DNA of 20,000 nucleotides, from assembly GCA_963976765.1 (NCBI GenBank), contig CAXBME010000004.1, forward strand, positions 371,805-391,804. Direction: 5' to 3'. This DNA is from an uncultured Planctomycetaceae bacterium (GTDB taxonomy: Bacteria > Planctomycetota > Planctomycetia > Planctomycetales > Planctomycetaceae). This document shows positions 1 to 8,628 of this stretch, piece after piece; position 1 is the stretch's first letter; each line of letters opens with the position of its first letter. Below the pieces are notes generated by a model. The model was given only the letters and a program-made list of their open reading frames with translations, had not been told where the DNA came from and made no database searches. The position numbers were made by a program, and so were the translations under genes.

Positions 1-2
1 GG

Positions 3-1190
3 GCAACTGACAACAGTCCGGAAAGTGCGGTCATCATGTTGACCGGCTACGGCACCATCGAAAGCGCGGTCGAGGCCATTCGCGTCGGCGCCTTCGACTA
101 CCTGACAAAACCGGTCATCGACGACGAGCTGAACCTTGCCATTCAACGAGCCCTTGGACAACGAGCGATCGTCGAAGAAAACAGGAGCCTGCGCAAGCAG
201 CTCAACGAACGCTTCGGCCTCTCAAAAATTGTCGGTCGCGATTACAAGATGCAGAAAATGTTCGACCTGATCGAAAGCGTCGCCGACACACGCGCAACGG
301 TTATGGTCCTCGGCGAAAGCGGAACCGGGAAAACAATGACCGCCCGCGCGGTCCATCAGCTCAGCTCACGCAGCGACAAGGCATTCGTTGAAGTGGCCTG
401 CGGTGCGCTGCCTGACACACTGCTCGAAAGCGAACTGTTTGGTCACGTTGCCGGAGCCTTCACCGGAGCCAACCACGATAAAATCGGAAAGTTTCTGCAG
501 GCCGATGGCGGGACGATCTTCCTCGACGAAATCGCGACCGCCTCACCAAGTCTTCAGGTCAAACTCCTGCGAGTTCTGCAGGATCGAGAATTCGAACCGG
601 TCGGTGGTACGACCACTCACAAAGTCGACGTGCGTCTGATTCTTGCCACGAACGAAGATCTCGAAGAGCGCGTCCGAGCCGGAACGTTTCGTCAGGATCT
701 CTTCTACCGAATCAACGTGATCTCGATCACCCAGCCGCCACTTCGAGAACGCATGGGTGACATTCCGCTACTGGTCGAGCATTACATCGGCGAGATGAAC
801 GAGCGGAACGGCAAGCACGTCAAGCGATTCGACGAAACAACGCTTCAGGTCATGCAGCGATACAACTGGCCAGGCAACGTTCGCGAGCTGGTTAACGTTG
901 TCGAGCGGGCCGTCGTGCTGGCTCGAAATGAAACTGTCATGGTCGACGATCTGCCGGAGAACCTGCGACGCGAAGATCCGAATCGAAACACGCTGGAACT
1001 GCCGGGTTCAGCCGGATCGTTGCGATCGGCCCTCGTCGTCCCCGAACGGCAGATCATCCTGAACGCGTTGGAGCAGCACGGCTGGAACCGCCAGAAGACG
1101 GCTGCCGCCCTAAGCATCAACCGAACGACGCTCTACAAGAAAATGAAGAAGTACGACATCAGCTTCGAAAAGCAGCTCATCGAGTGCTGA
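3..1190 (+). CDS. Sigma-54-dependent response regulator (NtrC/AtoC family: REC-AAA+-Fis HTH); 5' end lies outside the window
   Basis: Frame is open from nt 3 ([17 protein letters not shown]). Shows the end of a REC domain (MLTGYG...GAFDYLTKP), Walker [16 protein letters not shown] and GAFTGA, Walker [25 protein letters not shown] and a C-terminal Fis HTH ([16 protein letters not shown]). Confidence 0.95.
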   Translation, partial: ATDNSPESAVIMLTGYGTIESAVEAIRVGAFDYLTKPVIDDELNLAIQRALGQRAIVEENRSLRKQLNERFGLSKIVGRDYKMQKMFDLIESVADTRATVMVLGESGTGKTMTARAVHQLSSRSDKAFVEVACGALPDTLLESELFGHVAGAFTGANHDKIGKFLQADGGTIFLDEIATASPSLQVKLLRVLQDREFEPVGGTTTHKVDVRLILATNEDLEERVRAGTFRQDLFYRINVISITQPPLRERMGDIPLLVEHYIGEMNERNGKHVKRFDETTLQVMQRYNWPGNVRELVNVVERAVVLARNETVMVDDLPENLRREDPNRNTLELPGSAGSLRSALVVPERQIILNALEQHGWNRQKTAAALSINRTTLYKKMKKYDISFEKQLIEC

Positions 1191-1345
1191 GCGGCGAGAT
1201 GACCGAAATGAATGACGCACCGAGGGATCCACAAAATCGCAGGTGCGCAAACCACGGACCGACGCAAACTGTTTAATAGGGTCAGTGCCGAATCGTGACA
1301 TGTCGGTCTGTCCTGCTCCCATCACGAAATCAGCTTTGCCTTCGA

Positions 1346-2077
1346 TTATTGGCAATTTCCCAGCTTCAGATGATCGAGGGCTCGGCCAAAAGAGTCTCCC
1401 GGTGCAGCGGAAAGGTTCATCAGCTCATTCGTCACCGGATGCCTGATTGACAGTTCGCTCGCGACGAGCAGCAGTCGTCGAATTCCGAACTCTCTTTCGA
1501 TCAGCTGATTAACGTGATTGTCCCCATGCTTGATGTCTCCCACGATGGGGTGTGACGCGTGCTTGAAGTGTCGCCTGATCTGGTGCCGGCGACCGGTGTG
1601 CGGCGTGACTCGCACAAACGAGTACCGGCTTGTTGGATACCTGCCCGCTGACAGCGGGAGTTCCGAACGCACCACGGTTTCAAAATCCGTGATCGCTTCC
1701 TGAGCAGGTTTGTTTTCCGTTGTCTCAGCCGGTGTCGCGATGCGGTCGTACGGTTCTTTCAGAGGCAGGTCGATCGTGCCTGAGTCTTCGGTATAGCCTC
1801 GGACAATCGCCATGTACGTCTTCTTAACTTCCCGACGTTCGAACTGCGTTGTCAGCAAATGAGCCGCTTCAGCGTTCAGTCCAAAAATCAGAACCCCCGA
1901 CGTCGCCCGGTCCAGGCGGTGTACAGTGAAGACTCGCTGTCCAAGCTGCCGATGCAACGTTCTGACGACGTTTTCCTTCTCACGGGTGGCCACAAAACTT
2001 CGATGGACCAGCAGGTCCGGCGGCTTGTTCACAGCGACGCACTCGTCATCGAGATACAGAATTTCGAGGTCGTTCAT
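1346..2077 (-). CDS. truC: RluA/TruC-family RNA pseudouridine synthase, most like tRNA pseudouridine(65) synthase TruC
   Basis: Motifs VNKPPDLLVHRS, catalytic VHRLDRATSG, TGRRHQIRRH and HPIVGDIKHG; no S4 domain. ATG 2077 (MNDLEILY) is preferred because GGTGG lies upstream; the ORF track start is 2095. Confidence 0.85.
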   Translation of the reverse strand: MNDLEILYLDDECVAVNKPPDLLVHRSFVATREKENVVRTLHRQLGQRVFTVHRLDRATSGVLIFGLNAEAAHLLTTQFERREVKKTYMAIVRGYTEDSGTIDLPLKEPYDRIATPAETTENKPAQEAITDFETVVRSELPLSAGRYPTSRYSFVRVTPHTGRRHQIRRHFKHASHPIVGDIKHGDNHVNQLIEREFGIRRLLLVASELSIRHPVTNELMNLSAAPGDSFGRALDHLKLGNCQ

Positions 2078-2248
2078 CAGGCCACCATCACACAACGGGG
2101 AAGAGCAGGTACGGATGATTCTTCAAAGTTGTCAGAGTTCGATTCTGGATTGAGCGTAACCGGAATCGTTAAACGTCAAGTCGCAGGCGGCAGCTCGCCG
2201 GCCTTTGAACTCCGCGTACCCACATACTTGAGGCCCGATCCCTGATAG

Positions 2249-2284
2249 AAAAAAGGCCCGACAGAAGTCGCTTCTGTCGGGCCT
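2249..2284 (-). terminator. Rho-independent terminator downstream of pgk
   Basis: Perfect 14-bp inverted repeat AGGCCCGACAGAAG-tcg-CTTCTGTCGGGCCT (2254-2284). The A-run at 2249-2254 gives a U-tract on the minus strand, about 60 nt after the pgk stop. Confidence 0.9.
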
Positions 2285-2343
2285 GAGTTTTAACGACTCA
2301 CTTTGATCCTTCTCGACGGTCCAGCCTTCGACTCACGAACAGC

Positions 2344-3543
2344 TTACGCTTCGTCAAGCAGATCGACGGCTTCGAAGTTCTTGCCTTCGAGCATTTCGAG
2401 GCTGGCTCCGCCACCGGTGCTGATATGCGAAACCTTGTCCGCAAACCCGAGCTGCTGGATTGCCGCTGCGCTGTCGCCGCCTCCGATAATGCTCGTGCTG
2501 TCGCCGTCAGCGATTGCCTGAGCAACCATCTTCGTTCCTGCATCAAACGGCGGCAGTTCGCAGACTCCCATCGGGCCGTTCCAGACAACGGTCTTCGCCT
2601 TGAGAACGGTCTCGGCATACTTCTTTGCCGTCTCCGGACCGATGTCGAAGCCTTCAAAGCCGACGGGGATGTTACCAGCTTCGACAACGCACTTGTTGCA
2701 GTCGCCGCTGAAGTCGTCACCGCAGTGAGTGTCCGTCGGCAGTTCCAGAACGTCGCCGCCTTCCTTCATCAGCTCTTTCGCGAGTTTGACATAGTCGTGC
2801 TCGACGAGGCTCTTCGCGACGTTGCGGCCTTTCGCCAGTTCAAACGTGTAAGCCATCGCTCCGCCGACCAGAACCTTGTCACAGATGCCCAGCAGGTTGC
2901 GGATCACATTAATCTTGTCGGAGACTTTCGCGCCACCCACGATCGCCACGAATGGTCGTTCGGGATCGGCGATAGTGTCGGCGAGGTATTTGATTTCCTT
3001 CTCGACGAGGAAACCAACAACGCGTGGCTTGCCTTCCATCTTCAAAGGGACGAGATACATCGACGAGTCCGTACGGTGGCACGTGCCGAACGCATCGTTG
3101 ACGTAGACATCACCAAAGGTCGCCAGCGTTTCAGCGAACGGTTCTTTGACGCTGTCTTCCTCTTTCCGATCTTCGCCTGGATTGAAGCGAACGTTTTCAA
3201 GCACAAGCACCTGTCCCGGCTGCAGGGCTTCGACTTTGGCTTTCGCGTCGTCACCGACGGTGTCTGAGGCAAAGGCTACATCCTGACCGATCAGTTCGGC
3301 CAGTTTCTCAGCAGCCGGCTTGAGGCTCATCGTCGGCTCAACCTTGCCTTTGGGGCGAGAAAGGTGGCTCATCAGAACGAGACTTCCGCCTCGCTCCAGC
3401 ACAGACGTAATCGTCGGCAGCGCCATCCGAATTCGCAGGTCGTCTGTCACCTGCAGGTCGTTGTCGAGCGGTACGTTAAAGTCGACTCGTACGAGGACTC
3501 GCTTGCCGGAAACATCCACATCTTTGATCGTCTTCTTAGCCAC
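2344..3543 (-). CDS. pgk: Phosphoglycerate kinase
   Basis: [18 protein letters not shown]-like [39 protein letters not shown] and [14 protein letters not shown] start with AGGAG upstream; 399 aa. Confidence 0.98.
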   Translation of the reverse strand: MAKKTIKDVDVSGKRVLVRVDFNVPLDNDLQVTDDLRIRMALPTITSVLERGGSLVLMSHLSRPKGKVEPTMSLKPAAEKLAELIGQDVAFASDTVGDDAKAKVEALQPGQVLVLENVRFNPGEDRKEEDSVKEPFAETLATFGDVYVNDAFGTCHRTDSSMYLVPLKMEGKPRVVGFLVEKEIKYLADTIADPERPFVAIVGGAKVSDKINVIRNLLGICDKVLVGGAMAYTFELAKGRNVAKSLVEHDYVKLAKELMKEGGDVLELPTDTHCGDDFSGDCNKCVVEAGNIPVGFEGFDIGPETAKKYAETVLKAKTVVWNGPMGVCELPPFDAGTKMVAQAIADGDSTSIIGGGDSAAAIQQLGFADKVSHISTGGGASLEMLEGKNFEAVDLLDEA

Positions 3544-3759
3544 TTCAAACGGCTCCTGAGAGTTCTGGCCGAGCGAATCGGCCGCATTTTGAGAGAAATA
3601 ATAAGCGCCGGCATCCTACGTCGTCGTATCCCGAACGCAAGCCAGCATCGGAACGACCGAAACGCATCGACCTCATTGGATACGTTCGCTGTTCGACTCG
3701 GCTTTCGCAAAGTATCGTAGCCGCTTCGAACGAAAATCTTCCGCCGGAAAAGTACAGGC

Positions 3760-3775
3760 CGGAACAGGCATTGCG
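3760..3775 (+). promoter_or_regulatory. Candidate sigma-54 (-24/-12) promoter
   Basis: CGGAACAGGCATTGCG: GG (3761-62), exactly 10 nt, GC (3773-74) with TTGC, about 105 nt upstream of ATG 3880. Deviates from TGGCACG at several positions. Confidence 0.35.
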
Positions 3776-3879
3776 AAGTGCCGGCATCGCGAGCGTCCCG
3801 TTCGAAAATTGCCAGGACGGCGCAAAGCGTTTTCCAGCATCCCCACTACCCACCGACTCAACCTCGGAGTGACGACCAG

Positions 3880-5160
3880 ATGAATCGCATGCTTCCCGCC
3901 GTTTCGACAATTGCCAGCATCATTGCCGGGACTCTGTTCTGCAGCTCAGTATCAGCCGACAACTGGCCGGGCTGGCGCGGCCCCACGTCAAACGGCGTCG
4001 CCGCGACGGGTGAGTACCCAACAACCTGGAGTGCCACGAAGAACGTTGCCTGGAAGATGAAGCTCGACGGACGAGGCGCGTCGACACCGATCGTCTGGGA
4101 AAACAACATCATCCTGACGATGGGACGCGGCGGAAAAAATGTGCTCGTCAGCTTTGACCGCTCGGGCAAGCAGAACTGGATGCTGGAAGTCGGCACCGAA
4201 AAAGCCGGCAAACACAAAAAAGCCAGCGGCAGCAATCCTTCCTGCGTGACCGATGGCAAGCTGGTCTTTGCCTACTTCAAGAGTGGTGATCTGGTGGCCG
4301 CTGACCTGAACGGCAACCTGAAGTGGCACCACAATGTCCAGGAAATGTTTGGCGAAGACACGTTGTGGTGGGATCTCGGCACGTCTCCGATTCTGACCAG
4401 CGCTCACGTCGTCATCACGGTCATGCAGTCGGGGCCGTCGTACCTTGCCGCCTTTGATAAGGAGTCCGGCAAGTCTGCCTGGAAAGTCGACCGAAATCTG
4501 AACGCCCCTGAAGAAGCTGCTCAGGCTTACTCGACACCGGTCGTCGAAATGGTCGACGGTAAGGAACGTATCTACGTTCTGGGAGCCGATCACGCGACCG
4601 GCCACGACGCGGCAACCGGCAAAGAACTCTGGCGAGTCGGCGGTCTGAACCCGACTCAGCACCAGTACTTTCGGTCGATCGCCGGTCCCGTTCTTGCAGG
4701 AAACATGCTGATCGCTCCTTATGCACGTGGTGGCTCAGTCACGGGAATTCGGCTCGGTGGAAGTGGTGATGTCACGAAAAGTCACGTTGCCTGGACAGCT
4801 CTGGAGGTGGGCTCGGACGTTCCAACCCCAACCTTCCTCGGCGATCGTGTCTTCATCTGCCGCGATAGCGGAGGCAGCAAAGGCAACCTCGCCATACTCG
4901 ATCTGAAGACCGGCAAAATTGTTGACGAACTGCTGTTGGAAAAAAATCGAAACGGCTTCAGTTCATCGCCGACGCTCGCCGGCCATCATCTTTATGTCAC
5001 TCGCGAAGACGGCGTGACTTTCGTCGTTGACGTCTCCGGAAAGTCGAAGGTCGTCGCCACGAACTCGCTGAACGACGAGTTCACCGTCGCGACTCCAGTC
5101 CTTGTCGACGGAAAAATCCTGCTGCGAACGTACGAGCACCTCTACTGCCTTGGTAAATGA
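3880..5160 (+). CDS. Exported PQQ-like beta-propeller repeat protein (BamB-like/PQQ_2 family common in Planctomycetes)
   Basis: Signal peptide (MNRMLPAVSTIASIIAGTLFCSSVSA) followed by DNWPGWRGP, then repeated blade motifs (STPIV, AFDKESGKSAW, GHDAATGKELW, SSPTL, ATPVLVDGKILLRT..HLYCLG). ATG 3880 has GGAG upstream. Confidence 0.9.
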   Translation: MNRMLPAVSTIASIIAGTLFCSSVSADNWPGWRGPTSNGVAATGEYPTTWSATKNVAWKMKLDGRGASTPIVWENNIILTMGRGGKNVLVSFDRSGKQNWMLEVGTEKAGKHKKASGSNPSCVTDGKLVFAYFKSGDLVAADLNGNLKWHHNVQEMFGEDTLWWDLGTSPILTSAHVVITVMQSGPSYLAAFDKESGKSAWKVDRNLNAPEEAAQAYSTPVVEMVDGKERIYVLGADHATGHDAATGKELWRVGGLNPTQHQYFRSIAGPVLAGNMLIAPYARGGSVTGIRLGGSGDVTKSHVAWTALEVGSDVPTPTFLGDRVFICRDSGGSKGNLAILDLKTGKIVDELLLEKNRNGFSSSPTLAGHHLYVTREDGVTFVVDVSGKSKVVATNSLNDEFTVATPVLVDGKILLRTYEHLYCLGK

Positions 5161-6281
5161 GCACGGAAACCTTCCTCATGGCAAAGTACCGAGTCGCGAT
5201 TATCGGCAGCACGAATCGAGGAAACTACGGTCATGGTCTCGCCGGGCCGTGGCAGCATCTTGATTCGTGCGAGGTGGTTGCCGTAGCAGACGAGCACGAA
5301 GGCGGGCGTGCGGCAGCCATCAAGCGGTCCGGAGCGAGATCCGGCTATGCCGACTACCGTGAGATGCTCGCCAAAGAGCAGCCGAACATTGTGGCGATCT
5401 GCCAGCGCTGGATCGATCGGCACCACGAAATGGCGATGGCGTGTGCCGAGCACGGTTGCCACATCTACATGGAGAAGCCGTTCTGCCCGACTCTCAACCA
5501 ATGCGACGAGATTATTCAGGCGTGCGAGATGCGGCATCTCAAGATGGCCATCGCTCATAACACAAGACATTCGCCTGTCGTACGAGTCGTTAAAGGTTTG
5601 ATCCGGGACGGCAGAATTGGTGACGTGCTGGAAGTCCGGATTCGAGGGAAAGAAGATGCTAGACGTGGCGGCGGTGAAGATCTCTGGGTGCTGGGAACTC
5701 ACATGCTCGACCTGGCCGGGATGCTGTTTGGCGAGGTCGAATCCTGCTTCGCAACTGTTCGTGAAAGCGGTGAACGAGTTTCAAAAAAGCACGTGAAGCC
5801 CGGCAATGAAGGCATCGGCCCTCTGGCTGGCGACCACATTCAGGCGACGTACCAGTTCAGGCGAGGCATCAACGGCTTCTTTGCCTCGAAACGCGGATCC
5901 GGTGGCAGCCCGACACGATTCGGCATGACGATTGTCGGTTCCAAAGGCCAGATCAAACTGCAATCCGGTTACGGGCGCACGGCGTACATTCTGGAAGATT
6001 CAAGCTGGTCGCCCGGGCAGACCGGATCGAAATGGCAGCCCGTCACGTCCAACGGGGTCGGCAAGCCAGAGACAATCGCTGACGACAGTCACGATGGCGG
6101 CAACACTCAGGCGGCGATCGACCTGCTTTCAGCGATCGAAAACGATCGGCAACCGCTCAGCAGCATGTACGACGCGCGGGCGGCTACCGAGATGATCGTT
6201 TCCATCTTCGAATCTCACCGCCTCGGGATGCCGGTCACGCTGCCGCTGGAAACTCGCGAGAACCCGTTGACTTTGTTGTGA
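5157..6281 (+). CDS. Gfo/Idh/MocA-family NAD(P)-dependent oxidoreductase
   Basis: N-terminal Rossmann strand (YRVAIIG), YADYREML, HIYMEKP and GTHMLD. ATGA overlap with the upstream stop; alternative ATG at 5178. Confidence 0.92.
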   Translation: MSTETFLMAKYRVAIIGSTNRGNYGHGLAGPWQHLDSCEVVAVADEHEGGRAAAIKRSGARSGYADYREMLAKEQPNIVAICQRWIDRHHEMAMACAEHGCHIYMEKPFCPTLNQCDEIIQACEMRHLKMAIAHNTRHSPVVRVVKGLIRDGRIGDVLEVRIRGKEDARRGGGEDLWVLGTHMLDLAGMLFGEVESCFATVRESGERVSKKHVKPGNEGIGPLAGDHIQATYQFRRGINGFFASKRGSGGSPTRFGMTIVGSKGQIKLQSGYGRTAYILEDSSWSPGQTGSKWQPVTSNGVGKPETIADDSHDGGNTQAAIDLLSAIENDRQPLSSMYDARAATEMIVSIFESHRLGMPVTLPLETRENPLTLL

Positions 6282-6621
6282 GCCACCGACCTGCGTCCTA
6301 TCCGGTCTTGAGTGAACTTTCGCGAATTCACCCAAAAAAGCGGATGCGGACATAGACTCAACGTTGCTGGTTTCCACGCTTGCCCGGAATGTGGACACCG
6401 TCCAGAACCGCAGTAACACGGCCTGAAACTGCCTCTGTTAAACATTCCGGATTATGCCGATTCGTCGGGGCCAATTTGACCGACGTCGCTGTGGCGATTG
6501 TGGATTCGTGGTTTGCTCAAACCGGCCACAGCGATTGTACCGATTCTCCTGAAGCCTGTGCGTGGTTGCCGGCACGTAACTTTTCTGCCGCGTGGCAGGT
6601 TCCAGTCAATCAACTTTGCGG

Positions 6622-8628
6622 ATGGTGACAAGGATGTCCCGCTGCCGCCTGATCTGTTTACTGAGCGCGGTTGTCGTTGCCGCCTCTGTCTTCATGCGCG
6701 ATGCCGGACACGATCTGGCGTCGTCGGTCGTAGCTGCCCCGCACACCATCAGCAATGTCGAACATCCGTACGACGCGGACTGGCCCGACGTTCGGCTGAT
6801 TCTCGCTCAAAAATGCAACGCGTGTCATCGCCCCGGCACTGAGCAATCTGACCTGACGAGCTGGGAAGCGATCGTCGATAAGCCGCATCCGCACGGCGAA
6901 ACACTCGTCGTTCCCGGCAAGCCCGAATCGTCATTGCTCTGGCAGTACGTCGCCTGGAACGTTTCTGAACGCTCTGACTCTGACGAAGCTGAAGAGCCAC
7001 AGATGCCGCCCGAGAAGTCCGAGTGGCTCACCGCGGGACAGCTCGAAACACTCAATCGATGGATTCGAAATGGCGGATTGAAGTATCGCCTGCCGGACAC
7101 CTGTGACACGTGGCCGTTGACTGAGCTGGATTTCCCATCCGCCAGAGAGTGCGCGACCTGCCACCCGAAACAGTACACCGAGTGGTCACGTTCGATGCAT
7201 GCGTACGCGCAACACAGTCCGGTGTTCGAGGCGTTCAACCTGACTCTGCAGGAACGAACGAGCGGCACTCTCGGAACATTCTGCACCCGTTGCCACACGC
7301 CACTCGGAACGGCAATCGGAGAAAACGGGCAACGTCGAAACGTGAACCGTTCCAGACTGTCGATGGAAGGCGTGACCTGCGTAGTCTGCCATCGAGTCAA
7401 CAAGTCGTACTACAAATCGAACACCCGTCGACACATCGTTCCCGGCAGACTTTCAGAAGGCTGCATGTATGGACCTTTTGAGGATGCCGTTTCCGTCGAC
7501 GAAAACTCGCACGGCGCCTCAAAGTCTGTTTCAATCCGGTCCAGCGCGTTCTGCGGAGCCTGCCATGACGTTTACAGCCCTGAAGGAATTCGCCTGGAAG
7601 AAGCCTTCAGCGAGTGGCAGAACAGCCCCGCTGCAAAGAACCAGCAGACCTGCCAGCATTGCCACATGGGACCTGTCCAGGGCAAGCCGTTTCTTGAGTG
7701 CGAACGGCCGATTGGACGAGCCGCGACCGTGCCGGGCATCGACCCGGAAAAAATTCCGTTGCGGCCACTCTCCGACCACACCTTCGCCGGCCCGGATTAT
7801 TCGCTGCTGCCGGATACCGAGTTTCCGCACAAGCTCGACTGGATGTACGAAACTGATTACCGCCGAACCGACCGGCTGACTCTGCATCAGAAAACGACAC
7901 TCGATCAACTGCGTCGAACAAACCGCAAACAGCTTCGAATCGCTCAGGAAAAGCGATACGAACTCCTGCAGAACGCGGCCGAAATTTTCGTTGCAGCTCC
8001 AGAATCTGCAGCCTGCGGCGATCGGATTTCCGTGCAGGTCGACGTGCGAAGTCTCGTTGCCGGGCACAACTTCCCGACGGGTTTTACGGAGGAGCGCCAG
8101 CTTTGGGTTTCCATCGAAGTGTGTGACGAGTATGGCAGGTCTGTATTTGCAACGGGCGATTTCGACAGCAACGGCGACCTTCGAGACGAACACAGTCACG
8201 CAGTCCTGGGCGGACATGCTCACTGGGATCGGAACCTGCTGAACTTTCAAAGCAAGTTCGTCGGTCTGGCAACTCGCGGAACCGAGCGGCCGCTGATTCT
8301 GTCAGTCAATCGACAACTTGCGCCACTGAATATCTTCCGTCCGGCAAATGCTCCTGCAGCCGCGTTCGGTCGTCCTTCCACCTTCCGAATTTCGAAAGGC
8401 AGCCTGTCGCCGCTGAGCACCGTCTCGAAAAAGTACACCATCACACTTCCCGAACAGACCGGAAGCTACTGCCTGCGAGTCCGTCTGAACTATCGGCATC
8501 TGCCTCCACATCTGATGGACGAAATCGGAACGCCGCACCTGAAGCCTCTGCTTGAGACAGTAATTATCGATCAGCACGAAGGTGTCATTCGAGTTGGGCA
8601 ACGCACGGGAGGACTCTTCCTGCGATGA
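6622..8628 (+). CDS. Exported hexaheme cytochrome c: N-terminal planctomycete-type monoheme domain, five-heme c554-like core and C-terminal GHxxPTG beta-rich domain
   Basis: Six CxxCH motifs: CNACH 6814, CATCH 7150, CTRCH 7282, CVVCH 7378, CGACH 7552, CQHCH 7651. Hydrophobic N-terminus (LICLLSAVVVAASVF). Start is uncertain (GTG 6592, ATG 6622 or ATG 6634). Confidence 0.9.
   Translation: MVTRMSRCRLICLLSAVVVAASVFMRDAGHDLASSVVAAPHTISNVEHPYDADWPDVRLILAQKCNACHRPGTEQSDLTSWEAIVDKPHPHGETLVVPGKPESSLLWQYVAWNVSERSDSDEAEEPQMPPEKSEWLTAGQLETLNRWIRNGGLKYRLPDTCDTWPLTELDFPSARECATCHPKQYTEWSRSMHAYAQHSPVFEAFNLTLQERTSGTLGTFCTRCHTPLGTAIGENGQRRNVNRSRLSMEGVTCVVCHRVNKSYYKSNTRRHIVPGRLSEGCMYGPFEDAVSVDENSHGASKSVSIRSSAFCGACHDVYSPEGIRLEEAFSEWQNSPAAKNQQTCQHCHMGPVQGKPFLECERPIGRAATVPGIDPEKIPLRPLSDHTFAGPDYSLLPDTEFPHKLDWMYETDYRRTDRLTLHQKTTLDQLRRTNRKQLRIAQEKRYELLQNAAEIFVAAPESAACGDRISVQVDVRSLVAGHNFPTGFTEERQLWVSIEVCDEYGRSVFATGDFDSNGDLRDEHSHAVLGGHAHWDRNLLNFQSKFVGLATRGTERPLILSVNRQLAPLNIFRPANAPAAAFGRPSTFRISKGSLSPLSTVSKKYTITLPEQTGSYCLRVRLNYRHLPPHLMDEIGTPHLKPLLETVIIDQHEGVIRVGQRTGGLFLR

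Noticed and set aside
2153..2179. Sigma-70-like TTGACG...TACGCT on the minus strand upstream of truC
   Set aside because: The spacer is only 15 nt and the -10 box is imperfect; too weak to call.
2425..3267. 280-aa plus-strand ORF
   Set aside because: Entirely antisense to pgk with no recognisable motifs; a typical shadow ORF from codon bias.
3778..3879. N-terminal extension of the propeller ORF given in the ORF track
   Set aside because: ATG 3880 has an RBS and begins a signal peptide; the extension looks like non-coding sequence.
6569..6585. Sigma-54-like CCGGCACGTAACTTTTC upstream of the cytochrome gene
   Set aside because: Good -24 box (GGCACG), but TT replaces the conserved -12 GC. Not supportable without TSS data.
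6282..6621. 340-bp intergenic region examined for a riboswitch, sRNA or small ORF
   Set aside because: Only weak imperfect hairpins and no recognisable RNA motif; an Rfam/Infernal search would be needed.
7531..8250. 239-aa minus-strand ORF
   Set aside because: Antisense to the multiheme cytochrome with no motifs; shadow ORF.
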